DNA from: Perna viridis
Taxonomy: Eukaryota
Length of the DNA stretch: 64,000 nt
Assembly: GCA_037379345.1 (NCBI GenBank)
Contig: CM074519.1
Location: 36,792,103-36,856,102, forward strand
Direction: 5' to 3'
Under the pieces are notes generated by a model. It did no database searches, was not told the DNA's origin, and saw nothing but the letters and a program-made list of their open reading frames with translations. Shown here one piece after another: positions 49,561 through 62,825 of the stretch (position 1 is its first letter; the number at the start of each line of letters is the position of its first letter). Both the position numbers and the translations under genes were made by a program.

Positions 49561-50696
49561 AAGTGATTTACTCCTGTCCGCTACGTTTCTTTTCTTCCAT
49601 ATATACATGTCACTTTGTCTTTGTATGTTTGATATGTTGTATGTTGTAACGTTTGTTTGCTCATGTTGCACACTGTGCCTGAGCTTTTCTAAATAAAATC
49701 TTGAAAATCTTGTAACCTTGTATAAAAAAAAAACTAATGAGAAATACTGACCAAAAATGTCACAATTTCAAATAACTTATCAATTATGTAAAAGCAAAAT
49801 CAGATTTAAAGATTTAAGGACCTTTAAAATATATAGCAGATTGAAATGATTTCTAAAAAATACTTGAGATCTGACTTTTGATCAGTTAAACAAGGAAAAA
49901 ACAACATGTATTGCTGTAATGAATCAATACACAAAAAAGGTGTATTTATTCATAGTAAAATTGAATACAGATGAAAATGTTCATAAATCCAAAGAGAGCA
50001 TATAATAACAGTACCCCTAGGAGTTAAATAAGCTGTTAAAAAACCCAACAAAATTGTCTGACTAGCAATTGAAAAACATCTTGTTTATGAATTTCACCAA
50101 AAAAATTCCTATGTAATTAAAAATCTGAATATAAATTTAAAAATTCTGGGATTTTACAAGTATTATATGCATTTCTAATCAAAAATGTTTTATGACCAAC
50201 TTATAAAATGAGTATATAAATGTATCTGAAATATAACTTGGAATAATGTACATAACAACTTGTAAAAAAACCACCTTTCAACCCTAAGTGTAACATATAA
50301 TCAGATTCTAAGATACACTATACTTGTAACTATGAAAAAATTATATGAACTACAAACTAATATCTTCTACTGACTGAAAATGTCACCACTTTGAATAATA
50401 TATCCATCTTCATGTAATAGCACTAATCATATCTAAAGTTTAAGGACCTTTGGCTTAAAAAAATGAAGATTAATATGAATATTACTTTCTATGATCAGTT
50501 AACATACACATGGAAAAAATACATACATGAATGGAATACACAAAAAAGGTGTATTTACTCGAAGTTGAATACTGATGGAGATGTTAATGAGTCCATAGGA
50601 AATTGACCCAAAACAAACAAAAAAAAACACAACTATGGGCTACATGTATTAATACATATTTGACTAGGTTGCCATAGATGAAAAAAAAAATACAAA

Positions 50697-51527
50697 TCAA
50701 ACGTCTTCCTCAAAGTTCAATTTCCTTTTGGATCTTGTCCTGCTAGCAACTGGTGGAGATACACTGGGTGTCACCGGTTCAGGGACTGTTGCCATTGGTG
50801 GAGTATGATCAAGAGATTCAGGTGTTGCAGGGGGAGTATGACCCCGATATTCATGACTTGCTGGTGGTGATGGCGTTAACGTGTACAAGTCAACTTCTGA
50901 TAGTGCTACACTTGAGTTTCTTCCTGCTATCTGCTCATATTGTCTCCTTTTTTTACAGTAGCACATTATACACACAGGAACAGCAATGATTGCTAATATA
51001 CTGGTGACCACAATAGCCCCGACAAGAAGACCTGAAATATATATACATGTATATATTAATATAAATAAAATCACTTTCAATTTTTATGAAGTAAAAACAC
51101 AAAACTGCTTGGAGCTTTCGGCCACACTAATAAAATACATGTATTTGTACATATATATTAATATTAAATAAAATATATATTATATTATTTTTTTTTTTCA
51201 AAACTAATATTTTTAAGTCTATAATATACAATGTATACAGGTACAAATCATGCACTATGTGTACATAAACAGTTTAATCTGTCTGAATTAATAATTCTAA
51301 TTCAAAAACCTTTACAATTGTAAACAAAACCAAAAGTAAATAGGCAAACAGAATTTATGTGCTCCTGCACATTGTGAGAAAAATATAACTACCTGATTCT
51401 TAAGCTGGTTCTGCTGTTGTCAAAGCCGCGTCTGTTGTGGTAGCTGTTGTAGCCGTTGTCCTTGTTGTGGCGGTTGTCTGAGCTGCTGCTGTAGTGGTGG
51501 TTGTAGTTGTGGGTTGGTCCACTGGTA
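50697..51527 (-). pseudogene. Maverick-borne spliced type-I membrane protein: Thr-rich mucin stalk exon 51393-51527 plus TM/cytoplasmic exon 50697-51031
   Basis: AG/GT-bounded phase-1 exons: PVDQPTTTTTTTAAAQTTATT...EPA*ES|GLLVGAIVVTSILAIIAVPVCIMCYCKKRRQYEQI...SRTRSKRKLNFEEDV. One in-frame TAA; 5' exons not resolved. Confidence 0.72.
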
Positions 51528-52065
51528 CTGAAAAGATGAAGAAAATCATATCAAAACTCAAGGGAGTACAATACAGTAAGGATGTACAACTGATTTTTCT
51601 TACTAATTTTCCATAGTGGTAGTTTTATTATTGTTCTCTCAAAATATGCAAAGAAAAGTATAGGTCTATGTACTACTTTTATTAAGATATTAAATATTGA
51701 AAAAACACAAATTTCATGAAAATTCAGAAAAATATGAGTTTTTTTTTTAGTTCTTAACTGTAAAAGTTACATGTTATAATGGCAGATAATGGAGAATTTA
51801 AATAGTATATAGCGTTAGAAGAAAAAAATCATGTCTTGCTTTGATGCACCATGCAAATATACAAAATCAAATTGTGAAAAAAGACAATTATATATCCCGA
51901 TTAGGCATTTTCCAAACCTTAATATATCTGAGAGTAGTTGTACTAGGGTCCCCGAATAGTAAATAATTCACATGTAAGAAAAAGACGATATATGAAAAGG
52001 GAAAACAAATGACATATTTTCCCGCAAAAAAGTTTTGAGCAACGAAATTATCTCCCCTGTAATTA

Positions 52066-54562
52066 GTTTTTTACCATTAAAACTAACGCCTATTATAGAT
52101 GAAACATTACCGAAAGCTGTTAATTCTTTAGTTCAAACTTACCACACATAATATTTCTACACATCCACTGCCACGAATCGTCATCTAAAGTAACAATAAC
52201 CGGGTTCTGTTCCGTACGACCGTAGCGAGATTGATTTGGCAGTCACATTCTCCATTAATTTTTACGGCGATTACTGGTCTTATCAAGGTTATTAGAGTTG
52301 CAAATTCGCAAATACATTCGGCTATTGTTTGCTGATATGTACATGCATGTATTCTCTCTTTTACAAACATGAAATAACAAGTAATAATCTTCAAACACCT
52401 GTCAACCAACATGTGATTTTTCCCGGCTTTTTTTAATGACAAAGAACCGTACGGATATATTCAATTCCATCAAAACACACAAAATATATTAGTGATTTTA
52501 ATTATTATACATTTGGAAGGGGGAGATCGCTAAAAAAATCACATCACAAATTCGCATTTACTAATGATAGAAAAACGCAATTTATTGAAATAGAAAAAAA
52601 TGCATATATGGTATTAATGGATTCCGAATACCATACGGCTTTCTCAAGAAGATTCATACGAAAAAGAGGGGTGAGGTGTAAAGTAAAGGACCTTAAATCT
52701 ATATATAAATTCATGGAAATTCATAAAAGCATAATTTAATAAGAAGAACAATAAAACAATAAACTATTTTCAAATAAATTGGCATTGCCCTAACTGTCAT
52801 TTTAAAACCTTGAACTATATGCTGATTTGTTTTTATGATGCTATTTCCCCCGGCAATTTCATGTCAAAGTTACATGCCTCGCGTATATTTTCGTTTAATA
52901 ATTTAGAATTTTTATTTGATCTCAATACTCATAAAGATTTAGCCATATATCATTTATGAGCATCATGTCACATGTATTTTCGATTTTTTTAAATTACAAA
53001 AATTTGGTATCCATATTATAGTCCAACTGTTTCACTAATTATATATTTTACCCAGGGACCATATTATACTGTCCCTGATTGAACCAGAGGTATGATAGGA
53101 AAAAGTATGTAATCTTATATCTTTTTTATTTTTCAGTGTAATTTTTTCTGTTTACCGATTTTAAGATGTCACGACTGTAAGTAAAATTTTAAAAACAAAT
53201 TTGAAGGGCTATCATTTTTCTAATTGAGGAAAAAAAAGACTTGATTTAATAGACCTATATAAATAATATCGTTGAAAAAATACTTATGAACTTGACGTAT
53301 GTACCTATGATACGTTTTTTTCCCAATATATTATACACCGTCAGTTGTTAATATTGTGACAAATGAAATTGTGTTATTTTTTTTTCTAAATTATATGAAG
53401 AGGTTGCAGGGCGGATACAGAGCCTGTGCACATACGCCTAATTACTTAAAAAGAAGTGCACCTAAACCAAATTATTTCTAAGAATTGGGAATTTTTAGTG
53501 ATTTATCTTTTATAGCAACCATGAGAGGAAAGTTATCTTAAAAAGTGAACTTGAAGATGACCATGAGAATAGAACGGATAGGAATGTAATTCAGTAAGTT
53601 TTTTCATATGTTCTTTTCTAAAGGGGGAAGGTCACTTCCCATATGCTTCATGATAGGGATAAGCCGCTGGAAAATATCACTTTTTTCATTTTTGTTTTTG
53701 TTTTTTTTATTGAAGCGGGTTTACATGGTGTATAACTGTCTATCAGTTAGGGAGGGTGGATCTTGGTCAGTGCTGCATGATCGACATTTTTCAAAGATTT
53801 TATGAGAATTTATACCAAATGTTCTACTTATAATACTATATGTATACAAAATATAATTTTTGATACTCGGCATTAATTGAAAAAAATGTTGTTTTCTTTG
53901 TCCTTCCATAAATAATTACCTTTTTTTTTTCAGAGAATTGGATTGTACAAGAGTAATAATTACGCTGGCAAAGAGAAGAATTGAAAGGCTAGATTCAGAA
54001 ATAGAGGAATCAAATAAGGCGAAGAAGAAAGAGACTTTGTTGACACATTAGAAGAAAAGACTGGACGATTTAGCCAAAAACTAAAACAAATAATAATAAT
54101 AAATGCAAAATGTTCACATTTCTTTTCATTTGGCCCTATTTTCCATTTTTAGTGAATTGACTATTTCAATATTTAGACCTTGATATCGACAAACAGCTAC
54201 TGGCGATATAAAATAGCGTCAAAATGGGTGTTAACTTAAAATTTTGCGATTTCAGCATTTTTTATCATTTTGTTCATGCTTCGAGGGAAATGCAACAGCT
54301 GAAAAATATGATTTTAATCCTATTCAATATTGTTGTTTTGTAAATATTAAAATGGCAGGACATTCACAATTACGAATTGACGTGATATGATAATGACGTA
54401 ATGCATACCGTGACGTTATCATTCGTATTTTGTGACTAATAAATGACGTCATATATTTATGACGCAATGTATGAAATGGCGTCATCATTTTGTGACGTCA
54501 TCATTTTGTGACGTACTGTACTTTGTGACGTCATAGGAGTCAAGAAAACCCCCCTTAGTAGT
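52066..54562 (-). repeat. Right terminal inverted repeat of the Maverick (~2.5 kb)
   Basis: Reverse complement of 33742-36658. Confidence 0.95.
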
Positions 54563-55284
54563 TACTGCAAGACCATCAAAGTGTAAACTCGGCGGTAGTA
54601 AGTTCGTATTCCGGGACATATAATTGGAAAAGGTCAATTGAAAACTGACAATGCTAAGATAAAGGCTATGTTTGGTTTTCCGCTGCCGATGACTAAGAAG
54701 GATATCCGATCTTTCTTATGAATGACTGGATATTACAGGAAGTTCATTAAAGACTTTGCAAAAATATCAGCACCGTTAACAGCCCTCCGTTAATTGGAAT
54801 GACGAAGCCGTCAACTCATTTAATAAACTTCCGTATCCGTTTTGGCAAATCAAGACTTGAACAAATAATTCATATTACATAAAGACGTTAGTGACAATGC
54901 AATCCGTTCTGTTCTTGTTCAACTTACCGACAATGGTGATGAACATCAAATTGCATATTAAAGCCGGAAATTGCTACTGTACTTAGAGAACAGAACTATA
55001 GTGTAGTTGAAAAAGCAATCATTTGGGTTGTTGAAGCTTTGAAATATTGTCTTTAAGGTGCGAAGTTTGTCGTAGAAACTGACCATAATCTGCTGGTATG
55101 GTTATATCGACTGAAAGATAAGAATCAAACACTATTGCGTTGGGCTATGGCTCTCCAACCGTATGAATTCGACATTCTATAGAATAGGATTTCAAAACGC
55201 TAATGTTGATGGACTATCTAGGTGCTGATTGTTTATGAATGTGTACACTGAACTATAATTGAGGTTTTGTTTTATAAGGAGAAA

Positions 55285-55900
55285 TGTATGGATAAGTTTC
55301 ATATGTTTAATTCCATTAAGGTGGATTGTGACTGTAGACTGTAATTATTCTTATTCCATTATTAATCAATGCCGATTTTATTTATTATAGTAGCGACAAT
55401 TAAGTTAATGCAGTTTATTTCGTAATGATTGTGATATAATCTCTCCAGTGAACAGTTTTTATTTTTGTGACACAATTTAAATATTCTAGAAATATGTTTT
55501 TATCAATTTAGATCGAAGATCAGAATAGATATAGCAGTCGCTAGAGCTTTTAGATTTATAAAGCCTATTAGCATTTGCAATTGTCTTACACTACGGAAGG
55601 AAAATAGTCCCATCGGCATACACCATTAAGGCTCAAATGCAGATTGTTAAGTCCATTTTATAGATATTTCTGATATATCAAATTTAATTCTATATTATTT
55701 ATGCCAACAGACAAACCCAGTAAACAATTTTTACTGTGATCTAAATATGCTGATTGATTTGGTTTGTATTAAAGAATAGTTAACCTCTTATCAGCACCTG
55801 TTCATTGTTGTGCATTTACCCGAATAAACAAGTCGTTCATTAATAATATCCCTAATTGCGTTCCCTTTTTGAGGTTTCAATATCTACGTTTATAAGTCTT
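55285..55900 (+). repeat. Possible 3' LTR of the gypsy element
   Basis: Purine tract aaggagaaa followed by TG just after the pol stop; AATAAA near 55823. No 5' LTR to confirm it, and the end is uncertain. Confidence 0.35.
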
Positions 55901-56114
55901 TGTAAGTCTTATTTTCTTTTCAATATTTTTTTTTGTGTACAAATTCAGATCAAAATCTCTGTACGGAGGAAATGAAGGAATGAAGGAATTAATCTATTCC
56001 ATTTTGAATGCACGAGCGAATGGCTATCGATAAATACGCTTTTTTTTTCTGTAATGATTTCGATCATTATACGAGAAAAAATATTTAAAGAATGTAAAAT
56101 TACATTGAGCAAGA

Positions 56115-59100
56115 CGTATATATATATATATCATCGTTCATCAATATAAAATTCCTCTGGGAAACACATGGTTTTCAAAGTATATAAAATTTTATTTCTG
56201 TGAATAAAAATATCAACAATTTTCATTAACATCATTGTGCGTAAGAAATCAATCTCCGTGAATGAGTCGTAATAAATCTAGTTCCAGAGTAAAATATGAC
56301 ATAAAAAACAAATACTATCATTTTCAGTAAAAAGTACTAATTAAGAATACTGTGACGAAAGTTAAAAAAATCTACAAGATACATTCTACAATAGACATCA
56401 TATGACAAACCAACATCATCGCTAAAAGCATAACCTATATCACCAAGAAGAAATAAAATTTGGCACTTGGAGACAGTTCACTGAAATTCAAGCCAGTATT
56501 CACAACCGCGTTGAAAACTTATTATATTTTGACCGTATATGATCGAGTGCTGGCCACATAAGTAAAAATGTTCTAAATCCTCAGCGCTATCCGAATCGCA
56601 TAGCGGACACCGATCATTTTCAAATATATGCATTCTAATGAGATTCTTATTTAGACTTAAGCAGTTCGTTCTGGCAAGCAGTTTTAGCCGTGATGATCTA
56701 AAGTCGATAGTGTCATTTAGGTACATCTGCATTTCAGTTTTGATATTGCAGTGCTGGTAGAATCCAAGACAACTCTTCGATGCAATATCAAGAAATAGTC
56801 TCTGTCTTGTGACACTGCCATACAGCCGACTGAAATTTTCCAGACAGGTTTCACCCATTATCGTGTTAATCTCATCAAAATAGTTAAAAAAATTTCGTTC
56901 CGACGAATCGTTTTGTTTAATACCCGCTTGCACAGTCTGTCATTCGGTAGGTCAACAAGACGTTTAAAGTATGCAACTTTTTTGGCGTTTTACGGAAGCG
57001 CTGACTGGCTCCCATCCTAGTTCGAGAAAAAGAGCATTCCCTGGGATGATCATGTATTCATGACTATCTTGTCGACGTGGAACTGACAACTGTCTAATAG
57101 GTCTTCATTTGTGGCTGACAGTGGCATCCAAACGGAGCATGCATGTGCTAGAGATGGCCGTACAACCGAATTCCACAAAACGTTTCCGAAGCTTACTCGG
57201 TTAAAATCTCCATGCTCTCCGAGTAAACATACAAGGTAATTCCGCATGTAATCCATTTTATCTTTCAGGAAATTATTTACGCGGAAATTCGACTTCTACT
57301 CATGTAAAAGCCCCAGTACTTGTATTCATTTACCTCATTGATTTTGCCAACCCAAGGATCCAGTTACAATCGGGATTTATTCGCTTACCGAAAACCAGAA
57401 CTTGGGATTTCTTATGGCTGAATTGCGTTGCAAAATCGTAAGATATACGAAGTAACGTTTGAAGTTCCTGTGGTGATTTAGTAATGAGGAAAACGTCGTC
57501 TGCAAACATAACAAAACTATAAATGTTTTCACTAGACGCCAGACTTTACCTTGTATACCGCTTTGCCATAATTTGACAAATAGACCGTCTCGCCACAATT
57601 TATAGAATGCATTCGATAGGTCTAGAAAAGCTAAATATAAGGGCTATTTAGCGGAACGTGACACGGCACACATGCCCTGCAGAGCAAACTTTGGTCTTCT
57701 ATTCGTCTGTCTGCTCGGAAAGCACCTTGACTCTCGCCAAGAACGTTATTTTTTCTCGAGATAGTCAACAATAACCGATTCCAACGTTTCGGAAAACAAT
57801 TTATAAACATCGGACGAAATAGTCACGCCTCGATAATTATCTAAGTTATCATTATATCTCCGCCATATCTCAACAACTCGTTAGGAATTTCATCAAAACC
57901 GGGTGCCTTTCCTTTTTAGCTAACGTAGAGCACTTTCTATTGATTTGCGTGAAAAAGTAACGGTTAAAATATTCTCGTCCCGACCGCGGTTTTTCACAAT
58001 TTTAGATAACTGATCAGTAACTTGTGATCTGAAAACGGGATTGACATTTGTGTCTTTACCTATTTTACCAAAGTGCGAGCTGAGGCAGTTAATTTACAGT
58101 TCATTTGAACTTCATCCTCTATATAGTCTTCCATGTTATTAGGATCGACTATTCGACTCGGGTTTGTGTCATCCCGTGGTCCTCTCAGCAATATCCAAAA
58201 TTGCTTCGTATTCGTGTTCTGTCGAATATTCTTTACGGACAGGCTTTTAGCTACTTCCGCTTAATCGCTTTGTGTAACGTGTTCTTACGTTTTTTATAAA
58301 CCTCCGATAGGTGTCTGCCGAGCTGACTATCATGCTGCCGTGTTTTAGTATGTATTCGTTGTAATCTATTCGCGACACGCCTCTCCTTAAGCAGTCGATC
58401 GAGATCTTTGTCCCAAAATGATCTATAGTTTTTCACCACCGGAACCCTTTTTATGACTGTTTCAGCGGCAGAATTTACATTTGACTTCCAAATATCCCAG
58501 ATTTTATCTACATCGTTAGATGTTTCGTGCCAGTTTTCACTGAAAATCTGACATAGGTTCCTTTTGAAAAGTTCCCAGTCAACACCTTCAGTTTTCCACA
58601 TGAAGCGTTTTGGGTTCTGTTTCTTTGGGGCACCATCAAATGTTTCACAAAGCTGGACACGCAACATAACATGATCACTGGAGGTTTAAAGAGCCTATCT
58701 CATCTACGAAAACAGATTTCACGCCATCGCATAGTCCGTCCGAAAGTAAAACGTAATCAATGGCCGATTTCTGGTCAATTTATATTCTGGTATAGAAACC
58801 ATCGCAACATTCGAAAAGGTTTATAAGTTTTAAGCCAGTAGCTTCTTTAAACTGATTAAGTCTAGTTCCGTTGTAGCTTTGCTTTCCGTCATTGGCTATC
58901 GTTTTGCCAGTAGACTCGCATTTCCTGACACACCTGCTATTGAAATAACCAATTTCGTATCCAAGACTGTTAAATAAAGAACCATTATCGAGGAGTTCGA
59001 AAAACAATTTATCAGTAGTAGGCTTATCTACTCCGTCGTTTGGGAAGTAGACAACGTCCAAAGCCGTTTTAACGTTATTTAAGCGACATAAAATCCAAAG

Positions 59101-61200
59101 CCGTTCTAGATCATCATTCTTACTGCCAACGAGATTATCGTCAAGAATTTTCAATTTAGAACTAGCACAAATGCCTAAACCACCCTTCTCTTTTGAATCA
59201 GTTGGACATTTACCGACCCAAATTTAATTGTGCAAGTCGCGGGGTTTATAGTTTTACGAAAGGAAAGTCTCCACTAAACACAAGGCATCAGGGGTATACT
59301 CATTCAAATACTTGTTTACCTCGTGGATTTTACTCCTGATGCCCCTTATGTTTAGGAAATCAACCGACGATTTTGTAGGTTGTCGTTTATTTTTTCCGAC
59401 CTCTATGGTGACGTCGTTTACCAGGAGGTATTTTCGTCGATACAGGATCTACGTAATCTGAACTGTCGCCATGTACGGCACTAATATCATGGCCAATAAC
59501 CTAATAACTACAGTGTTTTGCTTTATGACCATATATAGAGCATGTGTTACATTGTATATAGTCATCATACATACAGTTAGAGATGTGATTGTCTTCATTA
59601 CATAACTTACACCTACGCCCACCATTGTTTACATTTTGACGCCCATCATTACTCATACTATGACGGCCACCTTTGTTGTTTACCTTTTGACGTCTGTAGT
59701 CTGGGTGCACCTGCTCATCGTTGTGGAAATCATTCTGCGGGGGGGGAGGGGGACGCTGTTTTCATTTGATGCAATTTTACTGAGTATTACATTACCACGT
59801 CTAATGTTGCCACAAATGTCATCCATGGGGAAGATAGATACAATTACAACGTTTATTCTGCGTTGTCTGAACAAGAGTTTGATAGTCATCAGGGAAAATT
59901 TCCTCATCGAACTCAGCACTGGTACAATCGTTGCTACCAATCTGTAATATGATGTTCTCATGCTATTCATCATTTAGTTTACTAAGGAGTTCTGCTGTGA
60001 TATCCGACACTATACCTCCGCGAACGCAAAGTGGTTCGCGTCCAATTGAAAGGCAGTCTTTTTTATATCACGAATCATGGAACTTCCGGCAAGTAGTGTT
60101 TCACCTTTAGATGTATCAGGTTTCGTGTGATCGACAGTAAGATTCGCTGTGCTATCGTCATCGTTGTTTACATTTACATCTGTCTTTTTCTCGCTTGATT
60201 TTCGCGTTTCAGTTTTATCTAGTCTGTCTCGAAGGCGGATATTTTCCTGCTGAAGAGTTTCTAATTCCTGTGATTTCTTCTCAAGTTTTACTTCGACCTC
60301 ATTGCATCGAATAATAAAACGTTTTAATATTGATTCAATGTTTTGAACTCTTGATGGAAGGAGTCTGCAGCCTAGACAGACCCATAAACCTACATCGGTA
60401 TCGTTTTTGCCTAGAACGCAGACAGAATGGAACCAAATTTGGAAAAAGTTGCCTCTTACCATATCGATGTCTGACTTATTTTCATTGCATATACACTGGC
60501 ACTGATTACTGATGGCTGGTTTATCAGTGTTTTGTGATTGATTTCTTTCTTCTCCGAGGCCTTGATTTTGTCTCTGATTTGTCTGAATCTTCAGCTGATT
60601 TTCCTGTTACTGACGCTTCAACGGTTTCGTTGGCGACCGTCTTAGTAGTGATGCTGTCATCAGCGGATTCGGACACATCGGAATTATGTGATGGTTTACT
60701 TTCATACAAAGGTTTGTTTTGTGTGATGAAGAGGTCGTTCATCAACCACTTGATTTCCACTTGTTGGTGATGTTTTCTTTGTTTCTGTGGTGTTCTTTTC
60801 CGCAGTTTTCCTAGTTTTTTCTCGGAGATGTTACGCCTGCTCTTCTTCGCCTACCTAATTCACCCTGACATTCATTATTAAGAGCGTTCAAAGCATAATG
60901 ACAACGTTCTTTGAGTATGTCTAATGATACAGTATACTCTATGACTTGGTTGATTTCTACTTCCATCAAGTCTCTGTATTTGAATTTATCAAATTTCTTT
61001 AGTTCAGTTAAGGTGAGAGAACACACGACGTTTAGATATTTTTCTTTCAATTCATTTTCTGCTTTCACCAGACGTTCCTGGATCGGTGGACTTAGTTTTT
61101 ACACTTCCATAATTGCGATTTGCCGTTAATATAGCTTCAGGCTAACAGAAAACATGAACAAAGTCCAAAGTCCAACACGACTGAATTAAACGATCTCACG
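56115..61200 (-). mobile_element. Decayed full-span RTE-X-like LINE (ORF1 with PHD, SGNH-like and CCHC knuckles; ORF2 APE-RT)
   Basis: WFHSVCV...WVCLGCR (PHD); LLAGSSMIRDI; CKLCNEDNH..CNTCSIYGHKAKHC; FLNIRGI..CLVETF; AFLDLSNAF.WRDGLF; FADDV after an internal deletion; C-terminal CPLC...EDLEHFYLC. Confidence 0.88.
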
Positions 61201-62825
61201 GCTAGTAATAGATCAATACACCCTTAGTGAGATGTTTTCATCGGTTTGTCGTGTATTATATTTTTGTATGTTCATAAATCATCGATATAGACAAAAATAT
61301 GGACTCACTTTTCTGAAATTAATATCTCCAATAATCATTTAACATCTATGCGACAAACTTTTATATAAACAGAGAGCTTACACTTTCTTATATACATTTA
61401 GGTTCATGAGGTTGTTTGTACGCACGATTCAAATGCACGAAAAAAAAACGCTCATACTGGACGAACGCAAGATAATCGAACTCACGATTTATAAATGAAC
61501 GTTTTAACTAGTAAGTAAGTAATTATAAGTAAATTCTTTATTTAAAGAGGGTAACCCAATTGGGGCTCTAAAACACAAGGAAAATTCAAACAATTATACA
61601 ACATACATGTAATTACAATAATATATATTCTATACATTTATATGAATAGACATGCAGTTTCTAAATAAAATTTTGCGACGATGAAATAAAATGTTGAATA
61701 TAATGTTGAAAGCAATTATATTTCTTATATAAATCTAAGATTTAAAACATGTTATGGCTGCTGGCAGTTCAATCTAATTAAGTTATGACAGCCGGGATAT
61801 GGAAAGATCTTCTGTAAAAAAAAATGTATTAGATCTAAGTAGAAATATGTCATTCCTTGTGAAGACCTTAGACTGTAAGGTTGACATTGATCGTGCAACA
61901 CTAAATAGTCGGGACACTAATTCATTAACATACATTAGTATAGCTTTTTGGTCATTGTTTATACATGACAGTAGTGAGGAAACTACTAATTGATTTTTAC
62001 GCAGACGGCTAGGTTGAAATTTGAAATAGAAAAGTAGACGGCAAAATAGCCCATACAGTTAAAACGAAAGGGTAGTATATGTATAAATTATTGTCCTAAG
62101 TATCATTTGTTTATATTAAAAAAGAAAAGGGGTAGATTTGTTTACTTGTTTCTTGTCCAGCTATGAAGTCGACATTTTAATTCAGCTACTAAAATGACTT
62201 ATTGGCATAAGTTGTTCTTGCTGTTGTTTTTTTGTTGTTTGTTTGTTTGTTTGTTTTGTTTTGTTTTTGTTTTTGTTTTTTGTTTTTTGTTTTTATTTAG
62301 TAATATCTTTGATATAGGAAGACTTGCATATATATAACTGCATCTCTATTGCGTCTTCAGTTGTTTAGTTTTGCAGTCTTAAGATCCTTTATTTCTTAAG
62401 CACGCATACATATCAACAAAGCAGAAATAAACCCAGGGGCCAAGATGTTTTTTTCAAAGTTATTAACATTTTTTTTTTAAATTTGTAACCCCAAATTTCA
62501 CAGTGGTGAGCTTGAATTACCTCTCTCGCTTTGCATCTGCTTACTTATAGTGTAAGGATTTTCTTATTACTGAACTTAATTCAAGTGTTTTGTCATAACT
62601 GCTCGTACGAGCCGACATGTACATTTTTGTACAGTTTCAATTGTACTATGTAGATTTGTATTATTCAATAAAAAAAAAATTAAACATGTTTTTCGTTTCT
62701 TCTATTTCTTGCAACTTTCGTTTCTAAATAAAGTATCGATTACCAGGAAGTTAAATGATAACAATTAGAATTGACAAGTAGTACAGAGTTCATGCCTGAA
62801 TTCAGAAAAGTAGACAATTCAAAGC

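Larger units (their letters stand above)
44800..49715 (+). mobile_element. Near full-length non-LTR retrotransposon (RTE-X/CR1-group-like) inserted in the Maverick
   Basis: Intact ORF1, ORF2 with few lesions, and a 3' end AATAAAATCTTGAAAATCTTG. Confidence 0.93.
33742..54562 (+). mobile_element. Maverick/Polinton (adintovirus-like) element, 20.8 kb including nested inserts, decayed
   Basis: 6-bp TSD TACTGC (33736-33741, 54563-54568). Termini ACTACTAAGGG...CCCTTAGTAGT, long TIRs, and pPolB plus packaging ATPase inside. Confidence 0.96.
30570..55227 (+). mobile_element. Decayed Ty3/gypsy LTR retrotransposon with Gmr1-type order (gag-PR-INT-RT-RH), split by the Maverick at 33741/54563
   Basis: Gag coiled coil and CxxC-GH-C knuckle (~31150-31195); protease DIGADVTLI (~31320); integrase zinc-binding region (PLAGHKG...WPGM...CLTCDTC, ~32500-32630) and C-terminal GPF-like part. 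RT DGSLRICIDYR, PRIDEIFEKVG, MPFGLK. RT resumes after the Maverick (DITA|RPSKCKL), then GYYRKFIKDFAKISAPLT, RNase H ETDHN..LLRWAMALQPY and NANVDGLSRC*. Confidence 0.88.
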
